64,000 nucleotides of DNA from Lama guanicoe. Taxonomy: Eukaryota. Both the position numbers and the translations under genes were made by a program. The notes beneath the pieces were generated by a model. That model searched no databases and had not been told where the DNA came from. It saw nothing but the letters and a program-made list of their open reading frames with translations. Positions 11,773 to 22,690 of the stretch are shown one piece after another (the stretch's first letter is position 1; each line of letters starts with the position of its first letter). The DNA is taken from positions 14,064,373 to 14,128,372 of the forward strand of contig MU053881.1 of the NCBI GenBank assembly GCA_013239625.1. Reading direction: 5' to 3'.

Positions 11773-13199
11773 GCTCAGCAAAGCAAATAGAATAATAACT
11801 AACGTGAGATTTTAATTATCATGTATGTCAGAGATGCTGCTTTGTAAATCAGACTTAATTAATTCTGAGTACTTGCTATTTCTTCAAGCCTCCTGCTCGC
11901 TCAGGAGCAAGCATGCTATTTTCTATGTAAACAGCAAGGGTGCTTCTAGAAAGGGTATTCAGCGCAAGCTGGGTGCTGTCTACACAAGAGCAATTTCAAG
12001 ACTGAGAATTTAGACTTATGATTTTGAGTTCCACCGAATGTGTGTTTCCCAGAAAAGGGCCAGGTGTGTCTTCACTGTAATGTTGGAGTGCAGCCTCCTC
12101 CAGCAGCTCTCTTTGGCCTTAGCCTTCAGAAAGTGGTCCTAGCTTTTTCATTTTTGTCTTAACAGTCCTTTAAAGCACTCCTTCACACAATGGCTTCGGT
12201 AATTTATTTGGCTGTTCTGAGAAATGGTAATTTAGCTAAATGCATGGTCTTCAAACTCACAGTTATGTTTACTCACAACTAAATCTTGTATGGAATTAAA
12301 ATGCATAAAGCAGAAAAGGAGAGGAACTGTGGAGTGTAGGCTGAGAAACAAAACCCCCTGCACACCCTGGTTCCCTACAGCTGCCCCTGAAGTGCCTCCA
12401 AGAAACCCCATGTGTTCTTCAAATCATTGTTTGAACATTCCTGTCCTAAGGTATATTTCTTCACTCAGTTTTCCAAGAAAGCTTCTTCATCATTGTATTC
12501 ATGTATTTCATGAAAAGCTCGCAGTTCCTTTGATTTCCCTGGTTGTGCTCCTCTCCATTTCAATCATGTTGCCTTTAAGCTGCCTCCTTTCCAAAGTGAA
12601 AACTTTTAGATTTTTCAATAAATCAAAAAAAAAAACCCTCTTCTATCCCACTGTCATTCTTCTCATCATTGTAATGATTAAGAAAAGAGAGATAGAGTGA
12701 AGTTTTCAAGATCGTTTCATCTGGAAAGGGACAAGCAAAACTTTGGAATGATCAGAGTCCATAAAATCATCGTGGAGCTGGGAAGGAGGAAGATGGGTTT
12801 GTTCAGCAAGTTTCTCCCTAATGGATCCAAGCGGGCGGGGGTGGCGTTCCAGGCAGCCATTACCAATTAATTAATCAATCAGCTTCGACATGTGATTTCT
12901 GTCAGTACTGATCAAGTCCGACCACCAGATTTCACATGCAAAAACAGAAGCCCATGGAGCAGACGATTTTCCCAGCACCACACAGCTAATTAATGGTGAA
13001 TATTCATGCCCTTTTGCTAACACAGTTCTGGATTCATTACATTGAATGTATAAGAATAATTCTTGAACCCTGTGTTCTTACCGGAGAGGTCCAAATATAG
13101 GGAGCTAAGAGCATCTCCTAGCCTTCTTTCAACCCTAAAGTTGTTTCACAGTGTTTGAAAATTGGTGTCACTAATGCCAGGTGGGCAAGACAGCATCTT

Positions 13200-13430
13200 G
13201 TAAACTTTAAGAGCACAGGCTTTGCCTGACCAGCTCCAACTAGGCTTCTATTCCTGCTCTGCTATTTACCTGCTGCATGATGTCCAGAGTGCAGTCTAAC
13301 ATCTTGGAACCTCAGCTTTCTCCTGCACAGAATAAATACCCACCTCACGGGGATGCTGTGGGGGGAAATCAGATTCTGTAGGGGAAAGTGCCTAGCACAG
13401 GGCCCATAACTTGGCAGATAAATATTATTT
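13200..13430 (+). mobile_element. MIR SINE
   Basis: 'ttaagagcacaggcttt...cctcagctttctcctgcacagaa...aaagtgcctagcacagggcc'. Confidence 0.8.
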
Positions 13431-13479
13431 ACCTGTAAGAGTTTTCCTTTCTTCTCTTCCTTCTTCCCTTTTCTCTTCC

Positions 13480-13606
13480 TTTTTTTTTTAACATTTTTTA
13501 TTGAGTTATAGTCATTTTACAACTTTGTGTCAAATTTCAGTGTAGAGCACAGTTTTCAGTTATACATGAACATGCATATATTCATTGTCACTTTTTTTTC
13601 ACTGTG
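13480..13606 (-). mobile_element. Very short young camelid L1 3' end
   Basis: Poly-T followed by 'aacattttttattgagttatagtcattttacaac', the reverse complement of the tail type at 59440-59510. Confidence 0.85.
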
Positions 13607-13677
13607 TCCTCTTCACTTCTCTTGGTATTTGATTCTGCAAGTTATTAACACTGTGACCTTGGACAAGGAGCCTCTTC

Positions 13678-13919
13678 TTTTTTTTTTGCATTCTTTTTTA
13701 ATTGAAGTATAGCCCATTACAGTGTGTTCATTTCTAATGTACAGCACAATGTTTCAGTCATACATACACATATATCCACTTTCATATTCTTTTTCATTAT
13801 ATGTTACTGCAAGATACAGAATACAGTTCCCTGTGCTCTGCAGTAGAGAATTGTTGTTTACCTATTTGACTGTAGTAGCTAGTATCTGCCAGCGTGGGTG
13901 GGACAGGATGAATTGGGAG
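13678..13919 (-). mobile_element. Camelid-type L1 3' end with short 5' inversion, inserted in a MIR
   Basis: Antisense L1 to 13889, then sense-oriented L1 'gggtgggacaggatgaattgggag'. The MIR core is split around it ('tgtgaccttggacaag' before, 'ttcttcatttttaaaacaagg' after). Confidence 0.85.
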
Positions 13920-15814
13920 CTGGTTCTTCATTTTTAAAACAAGGATCACATTAGCACTGACCAAACGGGCTTCCTGTGGGGAGTAAATGAGATCAGAGCA
14001 GCAACAGCAGGGAATTCAACTCACAATGTGAACATGGACCACGTACAGAGATTCTTCTAGAAGACTAACTAGCTTTCTTGCCCTTAAATGTCCAGCCTCA
14101 GAGGCTTGTTCTGTGAATATTTATGCTATGGCCATTGGCGGTTGAATGCAAAAGAGATGGCTTACTGTCAGAAGGCCCAGCTCTCTCTTGAGAGGGGTGC
14201 TCGGGTGGTGCATAGGGACAGTCACTGGCTTTCAAGTGAAGCCCTGAATTGCCATTGACCCTGGCATGAGCTTGCTCTGTGACCTTTGGTAGGGGAGGTA
14301 GCCTGTCTTGACATGAGGATGATCCACCACGCCCCCCTCATAACATTGGTAACTCGAGTGAGAAACAAACCGGGGAAATCTAAAGACTACGGGAGGAGTC
14401 ATATTTTTCCTTTCTCCTGGGACGTAAAGCCAGGGGGACGTGCCCCCTGAAGTTTGAATTGGCTCTGGTTGATCTTTATTCCCTCGCCTGCACAAATGAC
14501 TTTTTATATGAATCTCTTTTTTATTTCAAGGATTGGAAATGTGGCTGCCCTACTTAGAGTCAAAACTGTCAACGAGCAGCCGTCTTTAACTCCTACACAT
14601 GTAGCCAATTAGAGGATGCACACTGATCCTGGGCCTCCAAGAATCTTCTGATCTTTACAGTAAAGACTTCACGTTCAGAGAGTCCCTGAGTTACTAGAGA
14701 CAATGACCTAGTTCAGCCTAGACGAAAATGTGAAACACATCTCTCCTTGCATTTGTCCCCCACCAGAGATGGACACGCCACATGCATGTGTACACACACA
14801 TACACACACACACGCTCCTTTCTCCTGACCCTTTGTGTCAAACAACCCAGAATTCCTCTTGCCAAGCCTTTCTGAGCCTCCAGAGTGACAACCAGGGGAT
14901 GGCACCAGTGACAGTGTCAGTTCTGATGGATCATTTTGATCAGCAGCCAGGAGTTTCCAGAATGGAATGAAAACACCAGGTAATTGAGAATGAGTCCTTT
15001 GGGCTATTAGGTATCTAGCAGACAGAAAGATACATCCTCATCTTTTGCTAGTTATAGAAAAAGAGATATTTTTCCCCTACAAGGAAAGTGAAGGGACTAG
15101 ACCAGTAACAGTTACCATGGCAACTCAGATCCACGAGGTGCTCAGTTCATCCTGTCACTATGGAAGACTGGAGGAAAACAAGAAAACAACACGAAGCTTC
15201 TCTCTGTTTTTTGTCAAATATTTTGAAGTGACATGTCATGGCATGAGCCCGAAACAACTTTTCCTGAGCAGAAAGGACAGAAGAATGTGAGAGAGAGAGA
15301 TGAAGGAGGAGTGAAGAGCCTGGAGGACCCTGGGGACACGTTTGAGAGGAGCTTAGCTGTTGGCTGATGTGGTCAGTACCAACGTGGTCAGGGAATGAAA
15401 GCGATGAATATGCATTGAGCTCCCACCGCACGCCTGGTGCTGTGCTCAATAATGAGCAGTCTGTAACCTCTCAGAGCTCTCTGTCTGGAAGCGAAAGACA
15501 ACTAAGCAAGCAATTAAAACATAAGAGGCAAATTCCTCCAGGACAGAAGGACAGGGGCGCTGGGAGTAGGTGGGTGGTGATGCAGACATGGGTATTTGTG
15601 GGCGGGGGGGTGGGAAGGGGATAGAACTCTGTGTGTGGTGGAGCTGCCACTCCCAGGCATTTCCTCTCCCATGTAGATAAGACAATGAATAAATAAACTC
15701 TCCGCTGCACCTTCACCATTTGTCAACCCTCTGTAGTAGCCTTGAGCACAGACCCCAAATATGGTTACGTCATTTACAACCCCTTGGGCAAGTAGCAGGG
15801 TCTCTCCTAGAGTA

Positions 15815-16020
15815 ACGGAAAGAACATGCATTTGGATTCAGACTACCTAGATTCCGTGCTGACATTTACTAGGTGTTGTGGTCTTGGTTCAGTCATTTAA
15901 CTTCTGTGAGTGTCTATTTCCTCATCTGTAACAAGGATTATCCTTCTCAAATGTTCTTATAAGGATTAGAGATTATTTATGTAAGGGGCCAAGTTTAGAG
16001 CTGTAAGCAGTAGCTCAATT
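15815..16020 (+). mobile_element. MIR SINE
   Basis: 'tttggattcagactacctagattc...agtcatttaacttctgtgagtgtctatttcctcatctgtaa'. Confidence 0.8.
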
Positions 16021-16797
16021 CTTTTATTTATAATCATTTACAGTAAAAAAAAAAAAATAAGAGGATATACTGCTCCAGACCCCGAGCCCACCTCCTCTCA
16101 AACTTTCTATCAATTACCAGGGCCGTATAAGGACTTCTCATTCTAAGGGAAGCATCGGTTTCAGTGGTAATGAAATCAGTTGACATCAGAGCCTTGGGAA
16201 AAATCCTGTCTCTGACTCTACCCCTGTGACTGCTCAGACATTCCAGCCAGCATCACTCCCGCTGGCATCTAAAAGTCACTTCTGCATCTCGGAGCACCCC
16301 TGCAGGTGCCAGGTCCCCGGAGAGGAGGGCAGGATCTCCGCAGGCAGAGGGGCTCGGAGGCAGGAGAGCTAGAAAGATGTGTGTAGCTGTACCTCTGCTC
16401 CCCCATGCTGCTTCATACCCAGGTGTGTAAAGGGTGGATGAAGGGTATTTGGTTTTAACTGGGAAATGTTATCAATTGTCCTAGGCTCATTTGAAAATCC
16501 ATTAGTATCAGGAAGTGGGCAGATTAAGCAATGAGGAAGAGAAAAGGAAAAAAGCTGTCAGCGCCCCGCTTTGCAGGGACCGAGTGGCCTGTCTAAGCCT
16601 CACCAGCGAGGGCTGTGCTGAATGCTAAGAGGCTCCTCGAGTCGATTTTGAGATGCAGCAGAGGGAGAAGGAGGTGTCCGGGCCAATTCACACACAGTCC
16701 TCAGCAAGCCTGTTGTCCTCGCAGCTTCCAAAGGTGGTCCTGCCGTGGTGCACGCGATCGTGACAGGTGCCTGCAGCTGCTTCTGGCAGCCTGGCGA

Positions 16798-16816
16798 CGG
16801 GGCCACCTAGTGGCCA
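16798..16816 (-). promoter_or_regulatory. Candidate CTCF binding site
   Basis: Minus strand reads TGGCCACTAGGTGGCCCCG, 13 of 14 positions matching CCASYAGRKGGCRS, in unique CpG-richer sequence. Confidence 0.6.
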
Positions 16817-17071
16817 CCGTACCAATACCTGCACACAGTTACGCCCTGTGCCACCTCCCTATTCTCCAAGCTCGGAACCAGGCCCAGGGGCCTTTTCAAC
16901 CTGGGAGACGTCAGTCAGGTTCCGAGTCCAGAGCGGCCCTGAGGTGGGCAGGGAGGAGGATGGAGATGTACCGGAGGATGGATGAGAGACGGGGAAGGGG
17001 AAGAGGAGGAGGACAAGGACAGGAGCAGGCTCTGAGAGGGCGCAGGAGATGAGAGGGATGTAAGACAGGGC

Positions 17072-17534
17072 TGCGCGTGAGTTTCCTAGTGCAGCCGTCT
17101 GGGGGCTTAAAGCATCAGAAATATACTCTCTCACACTTCCGGAGGCCAGAAATCTAAAATCAAAGTGCCTGCAGAGCCATACTCCCTCCAAAGCCCCTGG
17201 GGCAGGATCCTTCCTTGCCGCCTCCAGTTTCTGGTCACCCCAGGTGTTCCTTGGTTGTGTTCCTTCGTTGTTCCAGGTGTTCCTTGGTGGTAACTCCAGC
17301 CTCTACCTCTGACTTCATGTGGCCGTCTTCCTCTGGGTCTGTGTCTGTGTGTCTGCTCCTCTGTGAATAAGGACACATCATATTGGCATAGGGTCCACTC
17401 TAATTAGGTATGACAGCATCTTAACTTGATGACACTGCAAAGACCCCATTTCCAAATAAGGGCATATACACAGGTCCAGGTGGAAGTTAAGACTTCAACA
17501 TATCTTTTGTAGGGAGACATAATTCAACCCATCA
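17072..17534 (-). mobile_element. MaLR solo LTR (MLT1C-like)
   Basis: 'tctctcacacttccggaggccagaaatctaaaatcaaagtg', 'ctgcaaagaccccatttccaaataagg', ending 'agacataattcaacccatca'. Confidence 0.9.
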
Positions 17535-18319
17535 GAGGCTGTTCAGAGGGCTGCCGTCTGATTAATGTGGTCCAGTACTGCAGAGGACACTGGGAAGGCT
17601 GGCAGGGCACGAGTCGAGATTTCAGTCACCAGTAACATAACAGTTAAGTGACGTAATAAAATGAGTTAAGTAACATAATGGACTGCTGGGCAGGAAGATG
17701 GTCCCTCAGTCCAAGTCCTTGGGATGACAGTGAGCTGGGGTTCTCGCCCCAGATACGGGCAAAGACTGGTCAGCTCCAGTCGCCGTTGCCTTGTGGGATG
17801 GGGGCCCAGGGGGTCCAGACCTAACGAGGAGCCAAGAACCCAGATTTATGAGTGAAATCTCACAATTTTTTTTCAACTTTAGCAAATCATTTTTTTTCCC
17901 CTTGAAAATGTGGTACAGGCCAAGCTAATGCCATCTGCAAACTAGGAACAGTCCTGAGCAGCCAATGTGCCACCACTGGGAGAGCCTTAGGTTCAAGTCT
18001 CAGCCTTGCTTGGGCAATTTATCTCGCATCTCTGGACCACAGTTTGTTATGGGGCATGAGGCAGTCTCCATCCTCCCGCAGAGCATGGCGGTGAGTGACG
18101 GTGACTGTTTCGAGGTATAGGGTGCCAGACATATGCTGGAGGCACTTCCAGATTAGTTTTGTAAATAAGATCTACGCACTGGAAAACTGGAGTGACCTCA
18201 CGCAGTTGTTCTGAGGATTATATAAGTGCATCAAATTAAAGCCACTAGAAAGTGCCTGCCCCAGCCTAGTGCTGAGTAATTCCTCTCCCCTTGCTCCCCC
18301 CTTTCAGAGACTTAGCAGC

Positions 18320-18900
18320 TATTTTCGTGGTTAAAGGCATGGATTCCAAATGCAGAGATGTGAGGGAGATATAACTGAGTTGCTGGGAAGGAGAGGCATA
18401 CAGTGGAGACAGACAGAAATCTTCAAATCCCAGCTTTCGTGCTGTTGATGGTAAGAGCTCATTGTGCATATTCTGCATGCGAGGCCCTGTTCTAAGAGCT
18501 GCGTGGATTATTCGCAGTCCTTGTGCCGACCCTGTGAGTAGATGCTATAATGACTTCTATTTCATTGGTGAGGAAACAGAAGCAAGAACTCCAGTTTCAC
18601 ATGAAATCTCCCAGTTCCTTTCAACCACAGTGGTTAAATCAAATATATTTCCAAACCTTATGCAGTGTAAACTAAGGCCATTGCAAGCTGAACCCAGCCC
18701 ACGGGTAGCCACCTTGCAATCGTGGTCAGCAGCCTTGGATTCTAGTCCTAGCTCTGCCATTCTCTGTGTGACCTTGGGTAAGTTACATACCCTCTCTGGG
18801 CCATGGTTGAGATGTTCAGTAACTTGCCAAGGTCGCAGAGCTTGTAAGTGGCAAAGCCCAGGATTTGAGCACAGGCAGTCCAGGGTCACTAAATGTAATC
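18320..18900. mobile_element. Cluster of MIR fragments in both orientations
   Basis: 'cattggtgaggaaacagaagc' (minus), 'tgtgtgaccttgggtaagttac' (plus), 'taacttgccaaggtcgcagagcttgtaagtggcaaagcccaggatttga' (minus). Confidence 0.75.
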
Positions 18901-19399
18901 GCTGTAAATGTTAACAATTTTCAGTATGTATTTCTGATCCTCTTCTAAGACCCTCCACCAAGAAAGCTACCAGATCTAGTGGGACACAGGCTGCCAACCA
19001 ATCTGCATTGGCTGGCATCACTAGTGAGAACGAAAGTGAATGAGTGAAGGATTGCAAAGGCTTCTTTCAATGGGAAGGGCAAAGAGGAGTCAGGAAGGCC
19101 CCTCCTGAGTGTTGCGTCATTTGACCTTCCTGCCTGATGACCTTTTTGTTTTTAACTTCAGTCACATGACAATTTTCATTCCTGCTTCAAAATAAGAGGA
19201 ATCTGGTTTTAATATTGGGCATCATTTAATCTTAAAAGCTCTTGATGTGAAAATGAAGCTGCCCAGTGGTTGTTTCAGAGTTATTTTTAGCAGAAAACCT
19301 TTTTTTGAAAAAAGTGAAACATAGAAGGCCAGCATATAAAATAGAATCAGCTGGTGCCCATAATGCACTTCTCCGGACTGACACTGACAGCGGTGCTGG

Positions 19400-19590
19400 T
19401 AGCAGCAGCGGCTAATCCTTGCCGAGAGCTTACCGTGTGCCAGGCGCTATTTCTCCCAAGACCTGACCCTTGGTAACTCACCTTAGCCTTACAGCAACTC
19501 GGTGAGGAAACTGAGGCCCAGAGATGTCAAGTAATTTGCTCAGGGTCACAGAGCTCAACCTGGGAGGCAGGCAGGCTGCCTCCCAGGCCC
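19400..19590 (-). mobile_element. MIR SINE
   Basis: 'gagcttaccgtgtgccaggcgct...gaggaaactgaggcccagagatgtcaagtaatttgctcagggtcacagagct'. Confidence 0.85.
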
Positions 19591-20289
19591 ACAACCTTTC
19601 CCTTCCTCCCGCGTTGCTCTTTGTCCCGGTTCATACAGACGTGCCTGTGGGAGAAGCAGCTAACTGCAAATGAGAGCCATGGTGCTACAGAGCTATGCCT
19701 TCGCTGCTGTGGTTCAGAGTCACACTGAGGCCACAGTCTGACCTTCCTATCCAAAGGGACGTCCTCCGTGGGAAATGTCCCTCCTGATTGGCAGTTACCA
19801 GGCCTGTCATTGTACCTCGGGCTTACTAGCTCATCTGTCTTGGAGGTACTTCCAAGGGTCTTTCAAGGAGATGGTCATGTCTGCCTCAAAGAGTAAATCA
19901 GAAGTCAGATTATCCCAAATTTGATGAAAGTCTGTCCAGAGTGGTTAGAAACAGACCCCAGTCCCCTGGATTTAGATAAATAAAAGTGGAACAGCACCGA
20001 CCCCAGGGAGGTGGGGGCCAGCAGCCGCCCCAGAGGCCTCTTCTGGGGACCTTGGCCCTGGGAACCCATCGGAAAGCCACTGGCAGGAAGAAACATACTC
20101 TTCAGCTCTCTGGTTTGTCTGGCACCAACCAGAAGGTATTTAATTTGTATGATGAGGCCAGGGCTGATGGTACAGTTAGTGACAACTAAACCTCTCTCGA
20201 GCTTTATTCTCTTTACACTTTACTGAGAAAGGGTAACTTTTAAATAGAACATGAAACTTAGATATTAAGCTTCTAAAGAGTTGAACCAG

Positions 20290-20504
20290 GACAGATTCCT
20301 CAACCTTGGCCCTATTGGCGTTGGTGACTGGATGACTCTTGGTTTTGGGAGCTGCCCTACGTGATGATGAGACATATTTCTGGCCTCTGCCCACTCCAGG
20401 CCACTAGCATGACCCGACCCTCCCCAGCGTGTGACCATCAAAAATACCTCCACACGTTGCCAACCATCCCCAGGAGGACAAAGTCAACCCCAGTGGGAAC
20501 GCTG
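20290..20504 (-). mobile_element. MER20 hAT-Charlie DNA transposon
   Basis: 'tcctcaaccttggccctattggcgtt', 'gtgaccatcaaaaatacctccacacgttgccaaccatcccc', antisense to the copy at 7760. Confidence 0.8.
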
Positions 20505-20974
20505 TATTAGGTGATTTCACAGGTGCCATTTAGCTATCGTCCTATGAAATTTGAGATACGTTTTAAATGAGAAGTTTAGCTCCGTGTGTTTTTCCAACTG
20601 CTAAACTTGCCCTTTGTCTGGATGTCCTGGTTTGTAAGGTTGAGGCCAGCATCATAGTGGTTTGCCATCACTCCAGCTGCTCCTGGCTACCTGACCTCGA
20701 GTCGGTTACTAAAAACATATACCTTAATAGTCCTGGGCACTGACCTCTCTCACCCTCTCCTGTTTCTTCCAACTGCTGTCTCTCATCACACCTCCTCTCC
20801 CCTCAAACGTGAAACTGGAGGACAAATGAAAACACACGCCAAGTGTCTCGGCTGCGGCAGTGTAACTCATCCAGGCAGGCTTCCTCGTGTCAAGCGGCAC
20901 CATTTCTTTTCTACTTTGTATTTTTTAATTGTTTTTTTTCTTATCAGTGTTGTCTAGTAATTGCTACTTAATTA

Positions 20975-21250
20975 GTTAAGAGTTTAAGTCACACCCTGTA
21001 TGCAGGCATGTGTGAACCCCATAATCAGACCATAGCCTAGGTTTGACTCCCAGCTCATCCATCCATCCACTAGTTTCCAGAGAGTGGAAATCAATTCCTG
21101 AAACACTTGGCTGCAGTTTTAGTGTCTACAAAATGGGGACAGTAAAAGTGCCAACCCCACGTGGTCCCGGGGGTTGTGAGACTTTAATACAATACATAAG
21201 CGAAGTGTTCAGCAAAATGCTGTGCACCTAGCAAGCATCCGATACATGCT
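20975..21250 (+). mobile_element. MIR SINE
   Basis: 'gcctaggtttgactcccagctc...cagttttagtgtctacaaaatggggacagtaaaagtgccaacc'. Confidence 0.75.
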
Positions 21251-21989
21251 CTTACACTGTCCTCATCACCATTATAGTTATTCTTAATTATCACTCCATT
21301 CCCTTTCCTCCTATTTCAGCTAGAAGCATCCGGAGGAAATGGCTTCAGGAAATGGCAGGCAGAAGATTGCTTTAGGAACTTTTGAAGAAATCAACATTTT
21401 TTTATAAGCAGTGAAAACTTATCCTCTCGTACCTTCTTCCCACTCTGAGTCCACCGGCTGAGATGGCTGCAGGATACCCACAGGGAACTCGGCCAGCACC
21501 AGAAACCAGGGATTCCCAAAGACCTCCCCCAAAGTCCCCCAAATCACTCTTCCTTCTTTCTTTTCTTAGGCACCTACCTACCTGGGTCCTCCCTCACTCC
21601 CCTAACCTTTCCTTTCCCAAGAGTAGCTCCTGCTGTCGTTTGAAGGGGCTACACTCGAGGCAGAATGACAGGAGAGAAAAGATCTTGTTTCCTTGGTGAT
21701 ATTTTTTTGCTCAGCAGGTAAGAAGCAAAGACTTGTAAGAAAGAAGTGACTCAGATGCAGCCCAAGTGGCCCTTGTCCCTTCCTCACCACTCGGTGTTAA
21801 CTCCTTGCTGCCTGTGTGAGCAGCGGGAAGAAGACAGCCCTCTGGCATTTAAGGGTTCAAAGGACTTTCCTACCCATTTTTTTTTAATCAACAAAAATTT
21901 GAGTGTTTATCATGAAGTCTTCTTTCTTCTGAGCAGGTGACCAGCAGAGAGGGGTCTGGGTAGTGGGGTTTTTTGTATGTACGTAGTAC

Positions 21990-22690
21990 ACTGTAGAGCA
22001 CCATGCTTACACCCTCCGTCTGGAACTGTACAGACCTGGATTTGAATCCCAGCTTGGCTGTTTCCTAACTGAGAGGGAAGGGCTGTCACCTCACACATTT
22101 CAGGACACTCTCCTGTCCATTAGCACAGATGGTCCCCGTGCTAGCTAACTCTTGGGAGACCAGGAGGAGATACCATTAAACCCATCAAACCCAGAGTCAG
22201 ACTCAGGTTGCCAGTTGCTCAAGATTACCCATCAGTTTGTCTTGGACTGGACAAGAAGTCTGGCAAGTTGGTTGACCTGTTTGAGCTTCGGTTTTTATAT
22301 CTGTTTTTCTTCTGCACAGGGCAGTTCTTATGATTCAGTTTGTGACCAATGCTTGGAACATAGTTAGCTTAAAACCTAGCATCTTATAAGAACTCAATGA
22401 ATAGTTGTAAAAATGATGGCTGTTTAGATGAAGATCTATGCAGAGCAGCAAATGAAAAGAGCCCTACACTAGCAGTTAGGAGACCCGGCCTGTCTCAGTC
22501 CCCAGATCTGTCCCTAAATGTTAAGTTACCTTGAGTGACTGTCTCAATCTCTGCAACATAGTTTCCTTTCAGGCTAAACTGGAGTTGATATTATCTGCCT
22601 CTAATTGCTCAGAAAGATGCTGAAAGGCTCAACTGAGCTTCAGGGAAGAAAGGGTCCTTGAAAAATGTAAAGTGCAGAACAGATGTCATT
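21990..22690 (+). mobile_element. Several degraded MIR/MIR3 fragments
   Basis: 'agacctggatttgaatcccagct', 'ggcaagttggttgacctgtttgagcttcggtttttatatctg', 'ttaccttgagtgactgtctcaatctctgcaacatagtttcc'. Confidence 0.65.

Noticed and set aside
17540..17980. Possible ancient hAT-type DNA transposon remnant
   Set aside because: The resemblance is recalled only loosely. I could not define termini or family, so it is not listed as a feature.
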